Positions 55,309 through 64,000 of a DNA stretch of 64,000 nucleotides are shown here, piece after piece. The notes under the pieces are model-generated. The model had not been told where the DNA came from and did not search any database. It saw only the letters and a list, made by a program, of their open reading frames with translations. Source of the DNA: Octopus vulgaris (taxonomy: Eukaryota); the NCBI GenBank assembly GCA_951406725.2, contig OX597818.1:118420001-118484000 (forward strand), in the 5' to 3' direction. The stretch's first letter is position 1. Each line of letters opens with the position of its first letter. The position numbers were made by a program, and so were the translations under genes.

Positions 55309-56828
55309 GCATTCCTGTGCTATCACATGTATTTCATATCCCTCAAAGTAAGTGAGAATACATATGCGAGTGTGTGTGTGCTCTACAGGTTTCCTAGGTT
55401 TTGTCGCTTCTCATTTGATTAGATAAGAAAAATATTTGAAGCGATTGTGGGAGATGTGTAATTTATAAAAAAAAATTTCCACCTGATAAACAATTAAGTT
55501 AAATTGGATGGAGATGGCGAAAACCATTTTAGTGCTGTTTCCAAGTGAATATTTAAAAATCATCAACAAATGGCAATAATTCACTGCTGTAATTCTTTTG
55601 TTCTCAAGTTAATATATTATTCGTCAACAGCAGTATTAGTCTTCAAACAATTTTTACGACTGCTTCCACAGAACCGTCATAAGCAGACTAGAATTTCACA
55701 TGTTTCATGAAAATAAATTAGATGAAAAATGAAATGAAATGATGAAAATGATTTATTAGCAATTTGGTAATTTTATGCTTTATTTTAAACTTCTATGAAC
55801 AACATTTCTGAATATTTAAATGGAATAGATTAGAAAGAAACTAAATGAAACGGGATTTACGGACAAGTTAAAGTGTCCGTAAATTTTATTATAAAGAAAT
55901 AATGATATTTAATGCATTCGTTGGATTATCTATAGCAATCACTTCAAGCGTAATTGACACCCTTTTTCTTGAATAGAGAAGAAAAAAACCTCTTGTCTGG
56001 ATTCATGTAATTATGTGCTGAACCACAGTCATTAAGCTCAGCTCGGCATGATAGACGACACTTGTCCATTTTACTATACTCGCAGTTGTGCAAATGTTCA
56101 TTGCTTAGTACAATATAGAACATCAAATGACTGGATCACAGAGGCAGCTTGTAGGAAACGGAAATTATAACACAAGGTATGATGATATATTTAAGAAACT
56201 TCGCTTTGTTGCGAAAATAATGCACCATGGTTCAAACACGATTATCTCAGAATTTAACGTTTGTATCAACTTTTATGAAAGCCATTCTCAGTTATCTCTT
56301 ATACAAACGACCGGCATATTTTCAATTAATCATTAATCATTAATCATTCAACAATAAAATTAAAGATGATATATTTCTTTCCATTTCTAGTGTAATTTTC
56401 GTAATGGCTGTAGTTATTTTCATTCAATTTAATTTAAATTGATTAATTATTATTTTCTACCAACCACAAATTTTAAACGAAATGAGTTATTCTGTCACTG
56501 TGCGATGTCTCCTTTGAGCTAGAAAATATATGAACTAATCTGATATATTAGGCATAATTTGCGTCGCTTTAAAGAAGAGTATAATAAATACATCGCACAT
56601 TCCATTCATCCATAGCTATAAGGAAATTTCTAATATGCATTCGGCACCGCGATCTCCATGTTATTGCATGACATGCAAATTCTTGTGAAATGCAAAGTAC
56701 GTTTTCTTTTTATGAGAAACAACCCCTCAAACAATAGCATCTCAACAATTACTGTTTTTTTTGCTATACCTATCATAATTATACATTTTAATGTTTTATT
56801 TTTAATGAATTACTGAAAAATGAGACTT

Positions 56829-56874
<46 letters not shown>

Positions 56875-56900
56875 AAGGGTGGAAAGGAACACACGAGTTG

Positions 56901-57355
56901 ATATATATGAAAAAACAAGTCAAAAATAGAAAATGCTAAGATAATTTTATAGTGAATCTTTCAGTACCGGTTTCGGTCATTTTGAGACCTTTTCAACTGT
57001 AACGATTAAATAATTAAATTTAGAAAAATTAGAAGAAAAGTTTTTTTAAAAGAATATTTCTATAGTAGTGTTCAGATATAAGTGGCATTCTGCCTTTCTC
57101 TGACTCCTTGTTTGCACTTGTGTGTTCGAGATCGACCTCGAACACACAAGTGCAAACAAGGGAGTCAGAGAAAAGCAGAATGCCACTTATATCTGAACAC
57201 TACTATAGGAATATTCTTTTAAAAAAACTTTTCTTCTAATTTTTTAAAATTTAATTATTTAATCGTTACAGTTGAAAAGGTCTCAAAATGACCGAAACCG
57301 GTACTGAAAGATTGACTATAAAATTATCTTAGCATTTTCTATTTTTGACTTGTTT

Positions 57356-57368
<13 letters not shown>
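56901..57368. repeat. Near-perfect ~465-bp fold-back with one hammerhead per arm, (TA)n-flanked
   Basis: Centre cgag-atcgac-ctcg at about 57133; arms differ at only a few positions. Confidence 0.95.
57269..57306 (+). ncRNA. Minimal hammerhead ribozyme, U3-A8 variant (mirror copy 56962-56999, minus strand)
   Basis: CAG-TTGAAAA-GGTC tcaaaat GACC-GAAA-CCGG-TA/CTG, with palindromic ACCGGT. Confidence 0.75.
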
Positions 57369-57420
<52 letters not shown>

Positions 57421-57674
57421 GCGTAGGCTCGAAACGTAAAATATTTTTTTTCTATTCCCGAGCATTATACTAATACATCTGTTTGTTTTGTACACCACCT
57501 GTCTTCGTCTTTTGTTTTTTTCGTAAACTCTCTCTATATATGGGTGGGGTGTATGCGTTTGTATGTGCATGTGTACTCAAGATATAATGAAGAATAGAGA
57601 AGAATTATATCTCTTCAACATTGACACGTGTTTCTGCTAGATAAGTGGCCTTTTGTGACCTTTACTGTAGCAGT

Positions 57675-57818
57675 TATGTGCATTTAGTTGATTTATACAT
57701 TATTTACATTAGTTATATTTGATGCACATTTCTCCCCATCTTAATTGTTGTTAACACAACATTTCGACTGATATACTCGCCAGCCTTCATCAGGTGTCTT
57801 GGGGAAGTTTCAAACCTG
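57675..57818 (-). mobile_element. 5'-truncated copy of the tRNA-hammerhead element; HHR at 57753-57798
   Basis: GACAC-CTGATGA-A-GGCTG gcgagtatat CAGTC-GAAA-TG-TT/GTGTT, plus the family tail. Confidence 0.8.
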
Positions 57819-57899
57819 ATGATTTGGCCACCCCACGCGTCTCTCTCCGTGACACATGCGTCTCTTTAGCGCTCACCCCTCCTACGCAACGCCCTCATT

Positions 57900-58540
57900 C
57901 CGTGTTGGAAAAGTAGAGCAGGCTCTCGTCAGAGAAGACTATTGACCTTCATTGTTGATGCCGCCAATGTCGGTGCTGTGTAGTCCACTGTAGACGCGCC
58001 TGACTGAGAAGAATGATGAGGACATGCCTGGGCGATATCACCCGGGCGCGCCTAATGCGCCCTCGGCCTGCAGTGCTGTTGGTAAAGGTGATTAGGTGAT
58101 GGTTTAGGGCTTAGAGGCGGGAGGCCCCTGACCTTGCTAAAAAAAAAGAAACTTTAATCCTCTTGTAGTCGAGGGCTCTTCATTGACGCCCGACACCACT
58201 GAGAGGTGGCCCTCGAAGTCGCTGGAAATGGAGATCTCCAGGTCCAAATACTTGAACGGCTGCTGTTAGAGGTGTAACGCTGTTGCACACAATAGATGGG
58301 GCTGACAGGGACATTGTAAGCTTTCCTGCTTGCAATCGGCCGAAAGCTTGTCCTCTCTGCGCTGCTGGCAATCAGGCCATTCCTGATGCGTCCCAATTAC
58401 GAATGCCAGGAACGCTGTTCAAGTTGATTTCTATAGCCATAACCTCTACGAGGTGCGCCTGCATTTCCGTTTCCATGGCAATTGCTTGCAACTGCCACCC
58501 ACGGCAGTCAACGCAGCTGCGTTTTGGCGTCTCATTTCAA
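57900..58540 (-). mobile_element. GC-rich degenerate non-LTR RT fragment (possibly R2/RLE type)
   Basis: GC shift; minus-strand PFKYLDLEIS (FKYLG-like RT motif) at about 58230-58260, preceded by GLIASSAERTSFR. Heavily frameshifted. Confidence 0.4.
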
Positions 58541-59738
58541 GGAATGTTGAAAGGTTATCTGCAATTTAGGTTTCCGCCATAAACCGGCATGTCTTGGAAT
58601 ATTTACACTTACTTCACCGAAATACATTTCCATAATTTACCGTATGAAAATGACATTTGAAAAAAATTGCGTTTCTTTTGCGGCGGCTCAGTGTAGTTGA
58701 GCCATATTATAAACATTCAAATCCTGGATGTTATCTTTATCATCTCTAATCGCATGTATCGTCATGTTTGATATTTCGTAGCTGATATTTTCATTAGCAT
58801 CGTAATTTTCTCGTTACTAAAAGAGAGTATTATAAATTACCATCCTTAAGTGGAATGGTATTGTACACTTTGAGTGTTTAACTAAAACTACATGAAATTT
58901 AAACAGTTCTTAATGAACACTTGTATACAAAATAAGTTTCTTTAAAATAGCCAACACTATTTAAAGACATTTATAGAAATTTGGTTACTATGGTATCAGG
59001 TATATATCTGTGGAATATAACAATACTTACGGCTGTTGAAATACATGTGTACCTGATGATAATTTATGCTCCACGAACACTTCAAGTGATTGAAGTATTC
59101 CTATCGAAAGTTTAATGTGTACATATGGCCTCAGTAAATTTATTAATCTTTGAAAGTCAAGTGTTTTTTTGTTTTTTCTTTCTACTTGCAGTGTTCGTCT
59201 TTTTGATTGGCTCACATTCCTTTGTTTATATTCGGTCTCAACTTTATTTCGGTCGTCCCTAGTGAGGTCTGCAATTGTGTTGTTGAACTTGTCATTCATA
59301 ATCGTGATTTATTGCTTCCCAAGTAGATTTGAAGATGGGAATATACTATCCTGCTTACACGAATCTGAAGAAAAAAAAATATATATTATATAGAGAGAGC
59401 GAGAGCAAATACAAACACTTACACAGACAAAGACACAAACGTACACATGCAAACACACACACACATATACTTATAATTTTTCATTGAACTCAAAGCCAGT
59501 TCTTCGATTCTGTTCGATAAAATGTTACAATGCTTCTAATTTAGTAATGACTCTATTCTCTCGGGAGAAAATATGAGAGCGATTGTCTGTCTTTTATTTC
59601 AGTAATGCTTAAGCCGCTAACCGTCAAACACACGTCATCTCGGATGACTTCGAAAGGATATAAATAAATGTAGTTACCATCACATGAATACTGATACAGA
59701 CATGTTAGATACAGACACAGACAAACAAATACATATAC

Positions 59739-59821
<83 letters not shown>

Positions 59822-59838
59822 AAGATAGATAGACAGAC

Positions 59839-59887
<49 letters not shown>

Positions 59888-59955
59888 TATATATAGATAG
59901 ATATATAGATAGATAGACAGACATATAGATAAATAGATAGTTAGATAGATAGTAG

Positions 59956-60001
<46 letters not shown>

Positions 60002-60138
60002 GTGGATAGATAGGTAGATAGGTAGACATATAGGTGTGTACATGTGTACAAATACATATTTGTGTATGTATGTTTGTATGTAAGAATATACATAGACAAA
60101 CCGACCCACATACAGAGATATGTATGTGTGTATGTATG

Positions 60139-60178
<40 letters not shown>

Positions 60179-60523
60179 TAAGAAAGTTTGTTTGGTAAAG
60201 CACGTGGGTGAATATATAAGAAAATAGTAAAGAGTGAAAAAACGACAGAAGGCTTAAATGTTAAAAAATATATATATTTGCGTCAAAATGTCTGGAGAAT
60301 ATTGGAAAAATTTTTTTCCCTCCTTAAAATGACATAATTTTATAATTTTTAAAGAAATACCGGTTTCGCAGTTAGCTCTTCAAATTTCTTGTGACTTAAT
60401 GTTTATTTTTAATAACGTAATCCTTGTATTTTTGCTACGGAGAGTTCTAAATAAGGGAAAGTAGTGAGTGATTTCTTCCGGTGTAAGGGAGATAATCGCT
60501 TAAAATTTTTTTTTCCTTTAGTG

Positions 60524-61888
60524 TCAATTTCTCTGTATTATTGAGTTCGGATAGTTGAGTCTGGGTTTGTACTTTTCAATGAAGAATGTTTCCTTATTTA
60601 GTCTAATTTGTGATGATGATCCGAAAGCACATTGGTAAAATGGAAAGATTAAAAATTGTGGTTGTAGTTGCTTTGCGCATTTCTCAATGTGTTCACTAAA
60701 AGGTATCATTCTATATTCTGGGAATGCAATCTGTTGTCGATGCAGTGTGCATCTACGTCTGAGTGATAGTCCCGTGGACCCCACGTAGTCTTGGTGGCAG
60801 CCCGAGCATTTAATGACGTAAATTATGTTTTCAGAGGCACAAGTAAAGTTAGATTTGATCTTGAATTTCTGTCCCTCTTTAAAGAAGAATTCTGATCCTT
60901 CTAATAGGTTAGGACATGTTGCACAGTTCGATCTACCACATTTTTTTACTTTTGCATCCGTAATTTTAGAAGACAATTTTGCCATTGTGAGAATCTTTTT
61001 AAGTGATTTAGGCTGTTTGTAGCTTTTAATGATTTGGTGTATGTTTAGAATTTCCTTTAATTTGGGGTTTTTATGAAGTATTGGTAAATTCTGGGTGATG
61101 ATGGTGAAAGCTTCTTTGTTTCTGGGGTTGTATGTAAATATGTAAGGTAGTATTTTCGGGGAAGGTGTGTTGTTGTGTTGAACTTTTCTTAAAGTTTCTA
61201 TGTTGATTTCTGTTGCACGTCTGATCCCATCCTCTATGAGTTGAGTTGGGTAATGTCTGTCAATTAAGGTGTTTTTGAGTTCTTGCAGTCTGAAGTTCCT
61301 GGTGTTTTGTTCTGGCACTATTGTGCATATCCTTCTTGCAAGGTTGAAGGGGATGTTTGTTTTAGTGTGTCTTGGGTGGCATGAACTAAAAAGAAGGTAT
61401 TGTTTGGCGTCTGTGGCTTTGTAGAAAATGTCTGTTTCTATTTTAAGGTTAATTTTTTAAATTAGTATATCCAAGAACGGAAGTTCCTTTTGGTTGTATT
61501 CCATTGTGAACTGTATATTTGGGTTTATGCTGTTCAATAGGTTTTTAAATTTTAAGAGTTTATCTGTGTTTTCATTCCAGAGAATAAAACAATCGTCCAA
61601 GAATCGTTTCCAGTTCTCTTTTATGTATTGAGAGAGGGGGTTTCCAAAGATTGATAAGGATTCCTGGTAAAAGGTTATTTCCATGGATCCCATTGTTAAG
61701 TTTGCAATGACTGGTGCTGCCCTTGTACCCATAGCAATTCCGGATTTTTGACGGTAAAATGTATTGTCAAACATGAAGTGGTTATTGTGTAGGATGAATT
61801 CAATTGATTTAGTAATGAATTCTTTACTGATCCTTTTTGGTATTTCTTCCGGAAATTGGTTTAACCAGAACTGAATTGCTTCCAGTCC
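60524..61888 (-). pseudogene. PLE reverse transcriptase (partial) + GIY-YIG endonuclease ORF, one in-frame TAA at 61457-61459
   Basis: GLEAIQFWL, QKSGIAMGTRAAPVIANL, WKRFLDDCF, LPFLD, YKATD..SSCHP, CGRSNCATC, NIIYVIKCSGCHQDYVGST..LRRR..HR, ETFFI..LN. ORFs 61457-61774 and 60524-61318 share a frame. Confidence 0.95.
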
Positions 61889-62235
61889 AGAAATTCAAGA
61901 TCAAATCTAACTTTACTTGTGCCTCTGAAAACATAACTTATGTCATTAAATGCTCGGGCTGCCACCAAGACTACGTGGGGTCCACGGGACTATCACTCAG
62001 ACGTAGATGCACACTGCATCGACAACAGATTGCATTCCCAGAATATAGAATGATACCTTTTAGTGAACACATTGAGAAAAGCGCAAAGCAACTACAACCA
62101 CAATTTTTAATCTTTCCATTTTACCAATGTGCTTTCGGATCATCATCACAAATTAGACTAAATAAGGAAACATTCTTCATTGAAAAGTACAAACCCAGAC
62201 TCAACTATCCGAACTCAATAATACAGAGAAATTGA
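61888..62235 (+). pseudogene. Inverted duplicate of the GIY-YIG domain
   Basis: Same peptide as the minus-strand copy except I>T and C>S; no real start. Confidence 0.92.
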
Positions 62236-62368
62236 CACTAAAGGAAAAAAAAATTTTAAGCGATTATCTCCCTTACACCGGAAGAAATCACTCACTACTT
62301 TCCCTTATTTAGAACTCTCCGTAGCAAAAATACAAGGATTACGTTATTAAAAATAAACATTAAGTCAC

Positions 62369-62407
62369 AAGAAATTTGAAGAGCTAACTGCGAAACCGGT
62401 ATTTCTT
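62369..62407 (+). ncRNA. Hammerhead-like motif in the PLE 3' UTR/pLTR (mirror copy 60352-60390, minus strand)
   Basis: AAGAAA-t-TTGAAGA-GC taact GC-GAAA-CCGG-TA/TTTCTT: U3.G8, 2-bp stem II, palindromic ACCGGT, about 135 nt after the stop codon. Confidence 0.65.
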
Positions 62408-62540
62408 TAAAAATTATAAAATTATGTCATTTTAAGGAGGGAAAAAATTTTTCCAATATTCTCCAGACATTTTGACGCAAATATATATATTTTTTAACAT
62501 TTAAGCCTTCTGTCGTTTTTTTTTCACTCTTTACTATTTT

Positions 62541-62583
<43 letters not shown>

Positions 62584-63096
62584 ATCTATATCTATCTATC
62601 TATATCCACATCTATCTATCTATATATGTATATATATATTTATATATATATAGACATAGATCCATATTGTGTAAATACATCTACTTTCATAATATACTCC
62701 GTATGAAATCTCGCGATGCACTGATTATATAGGTCATGTCTCTCGTGTCCGGATACTTACGTTGGTAATTTTTTCATCGGAGTTCGTATAATTGATTCAC
62801 GGACAGTCAGTTGAGTTACCCGTAAAGTACGCTTAGCCTCCTATAGAAATTTGTCAACGGATAGATACAAGGTGCCCCAAATTTAACTATTTCAGTGTCA
62901 TCGGGCATGTTTTTTAAACCCCACTTTATATTTTAAAAGGGTATAAATTTCTAATTTTATTTCACAATCTTATAAGTTTTATAAATTCTTATAATTTTAT
63001 TTTCGTCCCTCTTGGATTTCACTTATTAGTCCACGATAGGTTTTTTCAAAAAGTTTGGTTCCAATTATTTTCTCTACTTCCATAGTATTTAAATAT

Positions 63097-63502
63097 ATTT
63101 CTTTATTGCCCACAAGGGGCTAAACATAGAGAGGACAAACAGCGACAGACAAAGGGATTAAGTCGATTACATCGACATCAGTGCGAAACTGGTACTTTTA
63201 TTTATCGACCCCGAAAGGATGAAAGGCAAAGTCGACCACGGCGGAATTTGAACTCAGAACGTAACGACAGACGAAATAGCCATTTCTTTACTATCCACAA
63301 GGGGCTAAACACAGAGTGAAGAAACAAGTACAGGCAAACGGATTAAGTCGATTACATCGACTCCAGTGCGTAATTGGTACTTAATTTATCGACCCCGAAA
63401 GGATGAAAGGCAAAGTCGACCTCGGCGGAATTTGAACTCAGAACGTAGCAGCAGACGAAATACCGCTAAGCATTTCGCCCGGCGCGCTAATGTGTCTACC
63501 AG
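63097..63502 (-). mobile_element. Nin/Deu-domain tRNA SINE with duplicated body
   Basis: Two units of gattaagtcgattacatcgac...ccccgaaaggatgaaaggcaaagtcgac. Confidence 0.9.
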
Positions 63503-63519
63503 TATTTAAATAGGTTAGC

Positions 63520-63925
63520 TTGAAGCCACCGCACTGAACACTCATTGTGAACAAATAAAATACTCTATACGATATATGGATTACAAATGAATCAACGGAA
63601 AAGGTAAGAAATATCGTGAAATTTGGATAATCTGACTCGTCTATACCAACATAATTTGGCTAGAAAATAGTCTAGCTAAATTTTTTAAATTAAATCAGTT
63701 AGCTTTGCAGGCGATAATACCTGAAATGCTTCAAAATGTGTTACACAATGCTAAGGATAGATTTGAAATTTGCATAAATACAGAAGGAGTACGTATTGAA
63801 GAATTTCAAGTTCTGACGAAAGCTTTACAAATCTATGTCTTGGTATTATAAAATTCGGTCAGTTTTTTTTTTTTAATTTGCACAATTCCATTAAAATATA
63901 TAATTAATTCTGGGTCACCCTGTAT
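63520..63925 (+). mobile_element. rosa/DD41D-like transposon 3' relic
   Basis: AIIPEMLQNVLHNAKDRFEICINTEGVRIEEF; terminal gggtcaccctg|TA. Confidence 0.6.
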
Positions 63926-64000
63926 TTCCCGTAATTATTTTAACTCTTTCCCTTCTCTTCCTTGGTTCGTCTATTGTTTCGCACGTTCTCTCTCATTTTA

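Larger units (their letters stand above)
60212..62549. mobile_element. Young Neptune-type Penelope-like element: 5'-truncated minus-strand body plus inverted 3'-end copy
   Basis: Inverted arms 60212-60871 and 61888-62549 (about 660 bp, few differences); outer ends at or near (TA)n. Confidence 0.95.

Noticed and set aside
55850-56130. Possible Tc1/mariner 3' relic
   Set aside because: Only a vague peptide resemblance; no catalytic motif or paired TIR found.

Overview
AT-rich, microsatellite-dense metazoan DNA with no identifiable host gene. The repeat content (Nin/Deu- and CORE-type tRNA SINEs, CR1-like and R4/Dong LINE relics, mariner and rosa relics, Helitrons) looks like an octopus/coleoid intergenic or intronic region; this is inference from repeat motifs. 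Nearly all listed ORFs are microsatellite read-through. The main signal is a Penelope-like element (PLE) system. It includes a young Neptune-type PLE (RT + GIY-YIG, 60212-62549) with an inverted 3'-end duplication, an old Naiad-type PLE (about 12085-13780), and several (TA)n-flanked fold-back remnants. About a dozen minimal type I hammerhead ribozyme (HHR) motifs occur, most with palindromic stem III, and they include C3-G8, U3-A8 and G3-C8 core variants. Most notable is a four-copy family with a tRNA (Pol III) head, an (AAT)n spacer and a hammerhead-bearing tail that shows PLE-style inverted duplications, i.e. a candidate ribozyme-containing, Penelope-mobilised SINE. A full-length U6 pseudogene abutting a SINE and a MITE with an 8-bp TSD are also present. 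All calls were made by eye, and boundaries are approximate unless motifs are quoted.
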